Assembly (NCBI GenBank): GCA_913776885.1
Contig: CAJYQC010000418.1
Coordinates: 1-61,208 of the forward strand
Length of the DNA stretch: 61,208 nucleotides
Origin: an uncultured Variovorax sp.
GTDB taxonomy: Bacteria; Pseudomonadota; Gammaproteobacteria; Burkholderiales; Burkholderiaceae_C
Direction: 5' to 3'
Numbering within the stretch: the stretch's first letter is position 1; the number at the start of each line of letters is the position of its first letter. The translations under genes and the position numbers were made by a program. Shown in pieces: positions 22,524 through 31,795 of the stretch. The notes below the pieces were generated by a model. That model was not told the DNA's origin. It saw nothing but the letters and a program-made list of their open reading frames with translations, and made no database searches.

Positions 22524-23000
22524 TGCCTTGCTCCCTCTCCCTTCGGGGAGAGGGTTGGGGTGAGGGTGAGCGGCGATGAAGGCTGCTCGATGTTGCAAGG
22601 CCGAGAACCCTCACCCTGGCCCTCTCCCGGAGGGAGAGGGAAAAGACTCTCAACCCCCCGTTCCACTGACCTCGCCCAAGCCTGTCCGCCCCGTAGCCTG
22701 ATGCCTTGCTCCCTCTCCCCCTGGGGAGCGGGTTGGGGTGAGGGTGAGCGGCACTGAAGGCCGCGCGGTGTTGTGAGGCCGCGAGCCCTCACCCTGGCCC
22801 TCTCCCAGAGGAAGAGGGAAAGACTGTCAGAGCATCGTTCCGCTGACCTCGCCCAAGCGTGTCCGCCCCGTACCCTGATGCCTTGCGCCCTCTCCCCCTG
22901 GGGAGAGGGTTGGGGTGAGGGTGAGCGGCAATGAAGGCCGCGCGATGTCGTGAGGCCGCGAGCCCTCACCCTGGCCCTCTCCCGGAGGAAGAGGGGACAG
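22521..23000. repeat. Tandem array of Family E REP doublets (about 178-bp unit x about 2.7)
   Basis: Units start TGATGCCTTGC at 22521, 22699 and 22876; each has CCCTCTCCC..GGGAGAGGGTTGGGGTGAGGG and its inverse CCCTCACCCTGGCCCTCTCCC. Confidence 0.92.
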
Positions 23001-23006
23001 CACCGC

Positions 23007-24272
23007 TCAGACGACGGTGCCGGACACCTCACCCAGCCCGATCCGTACCGCGCCCAGGCGCTCGCAATACCCGCGGATCACCAGCGTGTCGCCGTCTTCC
23101 AGGAAGGTGCGCTTCTCGCCGTTCGGCAGGGTGATCGGCTGCTTGCCGCCCTGCGTCAGTTCGATCAGCGAGCCGGCCTCGTCGGGCTTGGGGCCCGAAA
23201 GGGTGCCCGAGCCCAGCATGTCGCCTGGCTGCAGGTTGCAGCCGTTCACCGTGTGGTGCGCGACGAGCTGCGCGGCGGTCCAGTAGGCGGCTTCGGCGAC
23301 GTTGCCGCGCGTCAGGCGCACGGGCGCCGTGCCCTCGGCGCGCATCTTCGCGGTCTGCAGCAGAACCTCGACCGTGATGTCGAGCGCGCCGCTCTCGCGG
23401 TTGGAGGCCGAGTCGAGGTACGGCAGCGGCTGCGGGTCGCCGGCGGGGCGCTCGAACTTCGAGCGGAAGGGCGCCAGCGCTTCCATCGTCACCATCCAGG
23501 GCGACAGCGTGCTCGCGAAGTTCTTCGACAGGAAGGGGCCCAGCGGCTGGTACTCCCAGGCCTGCAGGTCGCGCGCCGACCAGTCGTTGAGCAGCGTCAG
23601 GCCGAACAGGTGCTCCTCGGCGTCGGCGATGGCGATGGGCTCGCCCTGCGCGTTGCCGCGGCCGATGAAGAAGCCCAGCTCCAGCTCGTAGTCCAGCCGC
23701 TTCGAAGGGCCGAAGGTCGGCTCGGCAGCGTCGGGCGCCTTGGTCTGGCCGTGCGGGCGCTTGAACGTCTCGCCGCTCACGCCGATGGACGAGGCGCGGC
23801 CGTGGTAGCCGATGGGCACCCACTTGTAGTTGGGCATCAGCGGCTGGTCGGGGCGGAACAGCTTGCCGATGGTGGTGGCGTGATGGATGCCCGTGTAGAA
23901 GTCGGTGTAGTCGCCGATGCGGCAGGGCACGGTCATCTCGGCCCTGGACTGCGGCAGCAGCGCCTTCGACCAGGCGGCCTGCTTGTCGCTGCCTTCGGCC
24001 AGGCCTGCCGAGAGGGCGGCGCGCAGCGCCTGGCGTTCCTTCGTGTCGGCGCTCATCAGCACGTTCATGTCGTCGGTGTCGATCAGGCCCGTGGCGCGCA
24101 GATCCAGCACCTGGTCGCCGATGGCGACGCCGATGCGGAAGTCTTCGCTGCTGCCGGCGGTGCGGAAGCGGCCGAAGGGCAGGTTCTGGATCGGGAAGTC
24201 GGTGCCGGGCTCGTTGGCCGATGCGACCCAGCTGCGCAGCTTCGGATCATGGGTGGCGTTCAGTGCGGTCAT
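23007..24272 (-). CDS. fahA: Fumarylacetoacetase
   Basis: DFPIQNLPFG, IGDYTDFY, GYHGRASS, LDYELELG, NDWSARD..WEYQPLGPF. Confidence 0.96.
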   Translation of the reverse strand: MTALNATHDPKLRSWVASANEPGTDFPIQNLPFGRFRTAGSSEDFRIGVAIGDQVLDLRATGLIDTDDMNVLMSADTKERQALRAALSAGLAEGSDKQAAWSKALLPQSRAEMTVPCRIGDYTDFYTGIHHATTIGKLFRPDQPLMPNYKWVPIGYHGRASSIGVSGETFKRPHGQTKAPDAAEPTFGPSKRLDYELELGFFIGRGNAQGEPIAIADAEEHLFGLTLLNDWSARDLQAWEYQPLGPFLSKNFASTLSPWMVTMEALAPFRSKFERPAGDPQPLPYLDSASNRESGALDITVEVLLQTAKMRAEGTAPVRLTRGNVAEAAYWTAAQLVAHHTVNGCNLQPGDMLGSGTLSGPKPDEAGSLIELTQGGKQPITLPNGEKRTFLEDGDTLVIRGYCERLGAVRIGLGEVSGTVV

Positions 24273-24323
24273 TGAAGATGTCTTTCAGGCGAGTTTTCTA
24301 AAGAAGGGTCCGGTCTTTTCGGT

Positions 24324-24408
24324 AACACCGCGGAACCGGCTTCGCCGGGCCGCAGGTGTCGCCCCCGGACGGGGGGTGGCGGCCACACGAAGTGGGCGAG
24401 CCTGAGGG
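24324..24408 (-). repeat. Family A palindromic repeat
   Basis: Reverse-strand copy (AACACCGCGGAACCGGCTTCGCCGGGCCGC...ACACGAAGTG on +), about 6 nt after the Bug gene stop. Confidence 0.88.
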
Positions 24409-24414
24409 CGAGCT

Positions 24415-25485
24415 CTAGTCTGCGGTCATGCCGGCTTTCCTGGCGACTTCGCCCAGGCGCTTGTATTCGGCCTCGGTCAGCGTTTCCAGCTCGTGCGCGC
24501 TGGAGCCGCGCGGCGAGAAGCCGGCCTGCGCCAGCTTGGCCTTCACGTCGGGCATCGCGAGCGCTTCCACGAAGGCCTCGTTCAGCGCCTTCACGACCGG
24601 CGCCGGCAGCTTCGCCGGCCCGTACACGCCGAACCACGGCTCCAGCGCGTAACCCTTCAGGCCCGCCTCGGCCATGGTCGGCACGTCGGGCAGCGAGGGA
24701 GAGCGCGCCGGGCCCGCCACCGCCAGCGCGCGCAGCTTGCCGGCCTGGATGTGCGGCAGCGAGGCCGGCAGGTTGTCGAACATCACGCCGATGTTGTTGC
24801 CCAGCATGTCGGTGATGGCCGGGCCGCTGCCCTTGTAGGCGACGTGCACGAGCTCGGTGCCGGTCATCTGCGCGAACATCACGCCCGCCAGGTTCATCGA
24901 GGTGCCGGCGCCCGCGGTGGCGTAGGGCAGGCCGGGGTTCTTCTTCGCGGCGGCGATCAGGTCGGGCACCGACTTGATGGCCGAAGCCGCCGGTACTTCG
25001 AGCACGATGGTCGACGTGCCCAGCAGGCTGATGGCGGTGAAGTCCTTGCGCGGATCGAAGGCCATCGACTTGTAGATGTGCGGGTTCAGCGCATTGGTCG
25101 AGATCGCGCCGAAGCCGATGGTGTAGCCGTCGGGCGCGGCCTTGGCCACCGCATCCATGCCGATGTTGCCGCCCGCGCCGCCGCGGTTGTCGATCAGAAC
25201 CGGCTGGCCCAGCTTCTCCGACACCTTCTGGCCCACGGTGCGCGCCACCAGGTCGGTGGTGCCGCCGGGGGTGTAGGGCACGATGAAGCGGATGGGCTTG
25301 GACGGGTAGTCGGCCGCGAACACCGCGGCCGGCGAGACGAGCGCGATGCCTGCCGCAGCGGCGACGAGCGAGACGAAGGCCTTTCGGGAGACACCGCGCA
25401 ACCGGCTGTGCCGGGCCGCTGGTGTTGCCTCTTCGAGGGGTGATTCGTCTACACGAAGCGAGCAAGAAACGGGGGTGGTTTTCAT
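24415..25485 (-). CDS. Bug/TctC substrate-binding protein with repeat-derived N-terminal insertion
   Basis: [33 protein letters not shown]; ATG overlaps the hmgA stop (ATGA); residues of about 5-33 are encoded by a Family A repeat. Confidence 0.9.
   Translation of the reverse strand: MKTTPVSCSLRVDESPLEEATPAARHSRLRGVSRKAFVSLVAAAAGIALVSPAAVFAADYPSKPIRFIVPYTPGGTTDLVARTVGQKVSEKLGQPVLIDNRGGAGGNIGMDAVAKAAPDGYTIGFGAISTNALNPHIYKSMAFDPRKDFTAISLLGTSTIVLEVPAASAIKSVPDLIAAAKKNPGLPYATAGAGTSMNLAGVMFAQMTGTELVHVAYKGSGPAITDMLGNNIGVMFDNLPASLPHIQAGKLRALAVAGPARSPSLPDVPTMAEAGLKGYALEPWFGVYGPAKLPAPVVKALNEAFVEALAMPDVKAKLAQAGFSPRGSSAHELETLTEAEYKRLGEVARKAGMTAD
25390..25475 (-). repeat. Family A repeat, in frame inside the Bug gene
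   Basis: GACACCGCGCAACCGGCTGTGCCGGGCCGCTGGTGTTGCC...ACACGAAG...GGGGG on +; translates on - as ...[14 protein letters not shown]. Confidence 0.8.
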
Positions 25486-26795
25486 TTTTTGAATTGGTCT
25501 TTCAGGCCGGCCCAGCAGTCGGCGTAGTCGGTGTCGAGCGCCGGGCTCTTCAGCGCGAAGTTCGTCGGGATGAAGCGATAGCGGCTCTCGAACATGAAGG
25601 CCAGCGTGTTGTCCAGCTTGTGCGGCTTCAGGTCGGCATTCGTGGCCTTGTCGAAGGCTTCCTCGTCGGGGCCGTGGGGCACCATGCAGTTGTGCAGGCT
25701 CGCGCCGCCGGGCTTGAAGCCGCCCGGCTTGGCGTCGTACTCGCCCAGCACCAGGCCCATGAACTCGCTCATGAGGTTGCGGTGGAACCACGGCGGACGG
25801 AAGGTGTTCTCCATCACCATCCAGCGCGGCGGGAAGATCACGAAGTCGCAGTTGGCCGTGCCGGGCGTGTCGCTGGGCGAGGTCAGCACGGTGAAGATCG
25901 ACGGATCGGGATGATCGAAGCTGATGGAGCCGATCACCATGAAGTGCGCCGTGTCGTACTTCACCGGCGAGAGGTTGCCGTGCCAGGCGACCACGTTGAA
26001 GGGCGACTGCTTCATCGGCGCCTGCCAGAAGCGGCCGCCGAACTTCTTCACGATCTCGTAGCCGCCTTCTTCCGTCTCGAAGGCCGCCACCGGCGCCTGG
26101 AAGTCGCGTGCATTGGCCAGGCCGTTCGAGCCGATGGGGCCGAGCTCCGGCAGGCGGAAGTGGGCGCCGTAGTTCTCGCAGACGTAGCCGCGCGAAAGTC
26201 CGTCGGGCAAGGCGACCTTGAACGCCATGCCGCGCGGCAGCACCGCGATCTCGCCCGGCTTCACGTCGAGCACGCCCAGCTCGGTGGTGATGACGAGGCG
26301 GCCCTGCTGCGGCACCAGCAGCATCTCGCCATCGGCGTTGACGAAGGCGCGGCGCTCCATCGAGCGGCCCGCCAGGTACATCAGCGAGCCGATGCCCGTC
26401 TGCGCCTCGGCGTCGCCGTTGGCCGCGATGGTGCGCATGCCGTCGATGAAGTCGGCCCCGGCTGCTGCTTCGTCCAGCGGCTGCGGGTGCCAGCGCAGGG
26501 GCTCGGGCGGCAGCGCGACCTCGCGGTCGGCGCCGGTGGTCCACAGCGGCTGCGCATAGGGCTGGTAGCGGCCCGACACCACCGAGGGCTGGCGGCGATA
26601 GAGCCAGGTGCGGCGGTTCTCGTGGCGCGGCGCGGTGAAGGCGGTGCCGGAGATCAGCTCGGTATAGAGGTCGAAGGGCCCGCGCTGCGGATTGTTGCGG
26701 CCCTGCGGCAGCGCGCCGGGCACGGCCTCGGAGGCGTATTCGTTGCCGAAGCCGCTCTGGTAGCGGCGCTCGGTGGAGGAGGTTGCGGCGGTCAT
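25482..26795 (-). CDS. hmgA: Homogentisate 1,2-dioxygenase
   Basis: [53 protein letters not shown]; GAGGA RBS before ATG 26795. Confidence 0.97.
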   Translation of the reverse strand: MTAATSSTERRYQSGFGNEYASEAVPGALPQGRNNPQRGPFDLYTELISGTAFTAPRHENRRTWLYRRQPSVVSGRYQPYAQPLWTTGADREVALPPEPLRWHPQPLDEAAAGADFIDGMRTIAANGDAEAQTGIGSLMYLAGRSMERRAFVNADGEMLLVPQQGRLVITTELGVLDVKPGEIAVLPRGMAFKVALPDGLSRGYVCENYGAHFRLPELGPIGSNGLANARDFQAPVAAFETEEGGYEIVKKFGGRFWQAPMKQSPFNVVAWHGNLSPVKYDTAHFMVIGSISFDHPDPSIFTVLTSPSDTPGTANCDFVIFPPRWMVMENTFRPPWFHRNLMSEFMGLVLGEYDAKPGGFKPGGASLHNCMVPHGPDEEAFDKATNADLKPHKLDNTLAFMFESRYRFIPTNFALKSPALDTDYADCWAGLKDQFKK

Positions 26796-26836
26796 GTGGT
26801 CCTCATGGATTGACTTGAATGGGGAGGAAGGCGGGG

Positions 26837-26949
26837 GCCGGACGCGGAGGGCGCGAAGGTTTCGCAAAGAGCGCGAAAGAGAAAAGAAAAGGGGTTTTGA
26901 ATTTCTTTTCTGCGTCCTTCGCGAAATCTTCGCGCCCTCTGCGTCCGGC
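26837..26949. repeat. Family C long inverted repeat
   Basis: GCCGGACGCGGAGGGCGCGAAGGTTTCGC ... GCGAAATCTTCGCGCCCTCTGCGTCCGGC, arms of about 29 nt with further AT-rich pairing inside. Confidence 0.85.
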
Positions 26950-26967
26950 TGTCCGCATTCGAAATGC

Positions 26968-27165
26968 CTACTTCGCAGCCGCGAGCGCTTCGCGCAGCAC
27001 GGCCAGCGAGCCGATGTGGTTGGCCAGCACCAGCACGAGGCGCGCGTTGTAGGCGTTGCTCTCCTCGGTGCTCAGGCCCTGGTGCGCGTCGATCAGCGCC
27101 TCGTAGAAATCGTCGGGCGCCTCGAGGTGCGCCTCGGTGATCAGCTTGGGGGTGGATGCGGTCAT
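26968..27165 (-). CDS. Small DUF2783-like protein
   Basis: [17 protein letters not shown]...[13 protein letters not shown]; 12 nt after the FAD oxidoreductase. Confidence 0.8.
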   Translation of the reverse strand: MTASTPKLITEAHLEAPDDFYEALIDAHQGLSTEESNAYNARLVLVLANHIGSLAVLREALAAAK

Positions 27166-27177
27166 GGAGTCGTTCCC

Positions 27178-28899
27178 TCAGTGTTTGCCGAGCGCGCGAT
27201 CGACTGCGCTGCGCACCTGCGCCGCCGACGGGGCGCGCCAGCGTGCACACACGTGCTGGTCGGGGCGCAGCAGGTACACGGTGCCGGGGCGGGCGTCGTA
27301 GCGCTGCGCGGCGAGTTCGCTGCCGCGGGCGCCGTCGTCCATGCGCACCACGTGCAGCGGCCGGTCGCTGGCGCTCAGCGCGGCGAGGCTGCGCTCGGCC
27401 GCCTCGCCCTGGCCGAACACCAGCGCGGTGAACTGCTCGACATGGCATTCGCGCAGCAGCCAGCCGGTGCTGCCGTCGGCATGCACCACGGGCGCGTCGG
27501 CCGCTGCGGCGCCGGGCACCATCGCGCCCGAGAAGGCGTCGGCGTCGGGCGTGTTCAGCGGCGAGTCGCGCAGCACCGAGGGCACCGACAGCCGGCCGCT
27601 GTTGACCAGCGTGCGCGCAAAGGCGTGGCGCTTCGTCAGCTCCAGCACCGCGTCGCGGAAGAGGCGGCTCACCTCGCTCTTGGGCGTGATGAAGTCGGTG
27701 GCGCGGGTGGAGTTGCGGATGTTCTCGTCGGCGGCGTATTCGCGCTCGCTGGCGTAGCTGTCGAGCAGCGCATCGGGCGCCTGGCCCTGCACCACGGCGG
27801 CGAGCTTCCAGGCGAGGTTGTCGGCGTCCTGCACGCCCGAATTGGCACCGCGCGCGCCGAAGGGCGACACGCCGTGGGCCGAGTCGCCCGCGAACAGCAC
27901 GCGGCCGTGGCGGAAGCGCTCCATGCGCTGGCAGGCGAAGGTGTAGACGCTGGCCCAGCCGATCCGGAACTGCACGCCTTCGAAGCCGATGCTGTCGAGC
28001 AGGGCGCGCACGCGCGGCGTGATGTTCTCGGGCTTGCGCTCCTCCACCGGGTCGGCGTCCCAGCCGAGCTGGAAGTCCACGCGCCACATGCCGTCGGCCT
28101 GCTTGTGCAGCAGCACGCTCTGGCCAGGGTGGAACGACGGGTCGAACCAGAAGCGGCGCTCGTTGGAAAGAATGTCGCCCCCCACGCTCGGCACTTCGTG
28201 TCCTCGCTGCCCCCCCGAGGGGGGCGCGCCCGCCTTGGGGCGGCCCGGCGGCGGCCCGGCGTCCATCGTGATGTCGGCGATCAGGAAGCGGTCGCGGAAC
28301 ACGCGGCCCTTGGCCTCCAGGCCCAGCAGCTGGCGCGTGTTGGAGCGCGAGCCGTCGCAGGCGGCCACGTAGTCCGCCTGCAGCCTGTAGCTGCCCTCGG
28401 GCGTCTCCACCGTCAGCACCGCGCCGTCGTCGCCCTGCTCGATGCCGGTGACCTTGTTGTTCCAGCGCAGGTCGACCAGCGGCAGCGCCGCCGCGCGCTC
28501 GACGAGGTAGCCCTCGACGTAGTACTGCTGCAGGTTGATGAAGGCCGGGCGCTCGTGGCCGGGCTCGGGCAGCAGGTCGAAGCGGTAGACCTGCTCGTCG
28601 TGGAAGAACACCTTGCCCACGTTCCACGACACGCCCTTGTCGACCATGCGGTCGCCGCAGCCCAGGCGGTCGAACACCTCCAGCGTGCGCTTGGCGAAGC
28701 AGATCGCGCGCGAGCCGCTGGAAAGGGTGTTGTCGTTGTCGAGCAGCACCACGGGCACCTGCCGCAGCGCGAGGTCGATGGCCAGCGTCAGCCCGACCGG
28801 GCCGGCGCCGATCACCACCACCGGGTGGCGCGCCGGGGCGGCCGCGTCCTGGTCGGCGTGGCGTTTGTAGTCGAAGCGCAGGCTTTGATAGTCGATCAC
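27178..28899 (-). CDS. FAD-dependent aromatic hydroxylase (MhpA/PheA-like) with internal repeat insertion
   Basis: GAGPVGL, ACDGSRS, AGDSAH..SPFGARGANSGVQDADNL; C-terminal LLRPDQHV; GTG start with GGAGAC RBS. Confidence 0.9.
   Translation of the reverse strand: MIDYQSLRFDYKRHADQDAAAPARHPVVVIGAGPVGLTLAIDLALRQVPVVLLDNDNTLSSGSRAICFAKRTLEVFDRLGCGDRMVDKGVSWNVGKVFFHDEQVYRFDLLPEPGHERPAFINLQQYYVEGYLVERAAALPLVDLRWNNKVTGIEQGDDGAVLTVETPEGSYRLQADYVAACDGSRSNTRQLLGLEAKGRVFRDRFLIADITMDAGPPPGRPKAGAPPSGGQRGHEVPSVGGDILSNERRFWFDPSFHPGQSVLLHKQADGMWRVDFQLGWDADPVEERKPENITPRVRALLDSIGFEGVQFRIGWASVYTFACQRMERFRHGRVLFAGDSAHGVSPFGARGANSGVQDADNLAWKLAAVVQGQAPDALLDSYASEREYAADENIRNSTRATDFITPKSEVSRLFRDAVLELTKRHAFARTLVNSGRLSVPSVLRDSPLNTPDADAFSGAMVPGAAAADAPVVHADGSTGWLLRECHVEQFTALVFGQGEAAERSLAALSASDRPLHVVRMDDGARGSELAAQRYDARPGTVYLLRPDQHVCARWRAPSAAQVRSAVDRALGKH
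28178..28253 (+). repeat. Family B repeat, in frame (antisense) within the hydroxylase gene
   Basis: CCCCACGCTCGGCACTTCGTGTCCTCGCTGCCCCCCGAGGGGGGCG...CCTTGGGGCGGCCCGGCGG; the same element is intergenic at 45690-45763. Confidence 0.85.
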
Positions 28900-28924
28900 G
28901 TCTTGTCTCCGTGTCTTTTGTCTT

Positions 28925-29031
28925 TGCTCCTTCCCCCGCTGGGGGAAGGCCGGGATGGGGGCACGACGGCGTTCACTTCGGGCGCTCTGCCTGCCCCCAT
29001 CCCAACCCTCCCCCCAGAGGGAGAGGGAGCA
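28925..29031. repeat. Family E REP doublet
   Basis: CTCCTTCCCCCGCTGGGGGAAGG..GGATGGGGGC / GCCCCCATCC..CCCTCCCCCAGAGGGAGAGGGAGC. Confidence 0.82.
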
Positions 29032-29037
29032 GTTCGA

Positions 29038-29997
29038 TCAGCCTTCGAGGGCCTTCCACATCTCGACGTCGCGCTCGGCCGTCCAGATGCGCGGATCGGC
29101 GTGGCCCGAGGCCTCGTCGTAGGCGCGGCTCACGTCGAAGGGCATGCAGTGGTCGAAGATCACCCACTGGCTGTACTTGGGTTTGAGCTTCTCGTAGGTC
29201 TCCTTGTAGACCGCGTTCAGGTCGCGCCCGGCCTTCACGCCTTCCTGCACGCTGGCGTACACGTCGGAGATGAAGTCGCGCGTGCCCGTCAAGCCCTCGG
29301 CCACTTCGGCCGGCGTGGTCAGCGCGGCGCCGCGCCCGGGCACCAGCGCCACGGGCTTGAGCGCGGCGATGTTGTCCAGCGTCTGCGGCCAGTCCTTGAA
29401 GTAGGCGTCGCCCGCGTACGGCGTGGCGCCGAACTCGACCAGGTCGCCCGACAGCAGCGTGCGCTCCTGCGGCAGCCAGACGACGGTGTCGCCCTTGGTG
29501 TGGCCGCGGCCGAGCTGGATCAGCTGCACTTCGAGCTTGCCCAGCCACAGGGTCATCTTGCCGGTGAAGGTCATGGTGGGCCAGGTCAGGCCCGGCGGCA
29601 CGGTCTCGACGTTCTGGAACAGGCGCGGGAAGCGGCCGATCTCGCTGGCCTTGTCCTGCTCGCCGCGCTCGACGATCAGGTCGCGCGTGTCCTGGCTGGC
29701 CAGGATGTGCTCGGCACCGTAGCCGGCCGCGCCCAGCACGCGCACCGCGTGGTAGTGGGTCAGCACCACGTACTTGATGGGCTTGTCGGTCACCTCGCGG
29801 ATGCGGCGCACCACGTCGGCGGCCATGGCGGGGGTGGCCTGGGTGTCGGCCACCAGCACGCAGTCGTCGCCGATCACGATGCCGGTGTTGGGGTCGCCCT
29901 CGGCGGTGTAGGCCCAGGCATGTTCCGAGATCTGGCTGAAGGTGACCTTCTTCTCTTCCATGTCGGCCTGGCTGGCGAATTTCTTGGCTTGGCTCAT
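29038..29997 (-). CDS. Metallo-beta-lactamase-fold hydrolase
   Basis: Atypical THYHAVR metal motif, GHTKGD, SGDL; GGAGAC RBS. Confidence 0.88.
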   Translation of the reverse strand: MSQAKKFASQADMEEKKVTFSQISEHAWAYTAEGDPNTGIVIGDDCVLVADTQATPAMAADVVRRIREVTDKPIKYVVLTHYHAVRVLGAAGYGAEHILASQDTRDLIVERGEQDKASEIGRFPRLFQNVETVPPGLTWPTMTFTGKMTLWLGKLEVQLIQLGRGHTKGDTVVWLPQERTLLSGDLVEFGATPYAGDAYFKDWPQTLDNIAALKPVALVPGRGAALTTPAEVAEGLTGTRDFISDVYASVQEGVKAGRDLNAVYKETYEKLKPKYSQWVIFDHCMPFDVSRAYDEASGHADPRIWTAERDVEMWKALEG

Positions 29998-30027
29998 CGG
30001 GTGTCTCCGTCGGTGGGTGGAATCTTG

Positions 30028-30052
30028 AAATTCGTTTAGGTCGAACGAATTT
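30028..30052. promoter_or_regulatory. Putative IclR operator
   Basis: Perfect inverted repeat AAATTCGTT-N7-AACGAATTT in the divergent intergenic region. Confidence 0.6.
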
Positions 30053-30142
30053 GCAGTTAACGAACGGCCGCAGTGTAAGCCGCAGATCAGTTAATGTCTA
30101 ATCCCTTCTTCATGAACGAACGACCAGAAGGCGAGGCCGGCC

Positions 30143-31030
30143 ATGGCAGCCAGTGACAGCGACCGCGCCCAGCGCGGCATCCAGAGCATCGAAGTCGGCG
30201 GCCAGCTGCTGCGCGCACTGGTGCATCACGGCCGGCCCATGGCGCTGAAGGACCTGGCGCGCGAGGCCGACATGACGGCGGCCAAGGCGCATCCGTACAT
30301 GGTCAGCTTCGGGCGGCTGGGCCTCATCGAGCAGGACCGCGCCAGCGGCCACTATCTGCTCGGCCCGCTCGCCTTGCAACTGGGCCTCATCAGCCTGCAG
30401 CAGGCCGACCCGGTGCACATCGCCACGCCGCTGATCGGCCAGCTCGCGCAGCAGATCGGCCATACCGTGGCGCTGGCCGTGTGGGGCGCGCGCGGCGCGA
30501 CCATCGTGCGCACGGCCGAGTCGCCCTCGCCGGTGCACGTGAACATGCGCCACGGCACGGTGTTCTCGCTGACCAACACCGCCTCGGGCCGCGTCTTTGC
30601 CACCTACCTCGATGCCGAGGTGGTGCGCAGCCTGCTCGAGGAAGAGCGCCAGCGCCAGAAGCAGCGCAAGGGCCGCAACGAGGATGTGCCGCCGCCGCCC
30701 GCGGGCATGCCGCCGGTGCAGCCGCTGCCTTCATGGAGCGACTTCGAGCGCCAGCTGAAAGAAGTGCGCGACCACGGCATCAGCCGTTCCGACGGCGAGG
30801 TCATCGAGGGCGTCAGCGCTATGGCAGCGCCCGTCTTCGACCACACTGGAGCCATCGTGCTGGCGGTCACCGCCATCGGTCCGGCCGGCATCTTCGACAC
30901 CGCGTGGGACGGCCCGATCGCCCGCGCGCTCAAGGCCTGCGCCGACACGGTGTCGCAACGCCTCGGCGCCCCACCCGCGCAGGCGGCAGCGGCGCCCGCA
31001 GCAGCCAGTTCCCCAAGACCAGAGCGATGA
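30143..31030 (+). CDS. IclR-family transcriptional regulator
   Basis: GIQSIEVGGQLL HTH, TASGRVF, GVSAMAAPVFD. Confidence 0.92.
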   Translation: MAASDSDRAQRGIQSIEVGGQLLRALVHHGRPMALKDLAREADMTAAKAHPYMVSFGRLGLIEQDRASGHYLLGPLALQLGLISLQQADPVHIATPLIGQLAQQIGHTVALAVWGARGATIVRTAESPSPVHVNMRHGTVFSLTNTASGRVFATYLDAEVVRSLLEEERQRQKQRKGRNEDVPPPPAGMPPVQPLPSWSDFERQLKEVRDHGISRSDGEVIEGVSAMAAPVFDHTGAIVLAVTAIGPAGIFDTAWDGPIARALKACADTVSQRLGAPPAQAAAAPAAASSPRPER

Positions 31031-31788
31031 CGCCAGTCCCAACCGATATCTCTTCTTCCGCGTCCCCAATCCAGGAGGCCATCGAGCTGCTTCGCAATGC
31101 CCGGCGCATCGTCGTGTTCTCGGGCGCAGGCCTGTCGCGCGCTTCGGGCATTCCCACCTACCGCGACGCCGACGGCCTGTGGAAGAGCCAGAACGCGCTG
31201 CAGTTCTCCCATGCCGAGGACCTGCAGCGCGACCCGGCGGGCTTCACGAAGTTCTGGGCGCAGCGCCTGTCGACGATCGAGTCGGCGCAGCCGAACCCGG
31301 GCCACGCCGCGCTCGCGCTGCTGCAGCGGCTGCGCCCCGCCACGCGGCTGGTCACGCAGAACGTCGACGGCCTGCTCACGCTGGCCGGCGGCCAGGACGT
31401 GCTGGAGCTGCACGGTTCGCTGCGCCGCTGGCGCTGCGACCGCTGCGGCAACCGAAGCGGCCCCTGGCCCTTCCACCGCTGCCTGCGCTGCGGCGCGCAC
31501 GCGCGGCCCGACGTGGTGATGTTCGGCGAGATGCTGAATGCCGGCGTGCTGCTCGATGCGCAGGTGGCGGCGCAGGAGTGCGATCTGTTCATGGTGGTGG
31601 GCAGCACCACCATCGTCTATCCGGCGGCCGAGCTGCCGCAGACCGCGCTCGCGCACGGCGCGCGCCTCATCACGCTGAACCTGGAGCCGCTGCCGCACCT
31701 GGACGACGCGGCGGCCGTGGTGCTGCGCGGTGCTGCCGAAGACCTGCTGCCGCAGCTGCTGGCCGGGCTGTCGGGCCAGCGGGCCTGA
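31027..31788 (+). CDS. Sir2/CobB-like NAD-dependent deacylase
   Basis: FSGAGLSRASGIPTYR, TQNVDGL, LHGSL, two CxxC pairs, RPDVVMFGE; ATGA overlap with IclR. Confidence 0.9.
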   Translation: MTPVPTDISSSASPIQEAIELLRNARRIVVFSGAGLSRASGIPTYRDADGLWKSQNALQFSHAEDLQRDPAGFTKFWAQRLSTIESAQPNPGHAALALLQRLRPATRLVTQNVDGLLTLAGGQDVLELHGSLRRWRCDRCGNRSGPWPFHRCLRCGAHARPDVVMFGEMLNAGVLLDAQVAAQECDLFMVVGSTTIVYPAAELPQTALAHGARLITLNLEPLPHLDDAAAVVLRGAAEDLLPQLLAGLSGQRA

Positions 31789-31795
31789 AGAGGGC

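Noticed and set aside
22379-23134. ORFs spanning REP arrays (SPSPQPSP-type peptides; also 51815..52655 and 40340..41196)
   Set aside because: Translations of non-coding palindromic repeats.
29038-29997. Metallo-beta-lactamase resistance gene
   Set aside because: No signal peptide, non-canonical metal motif and a catabolic operon context.
31027-31788. Sir2 as an anti-phage defence protein
   Set aside because: Canonical Zn-binding CobB-like sirtuin with no defence partner genes nearby.
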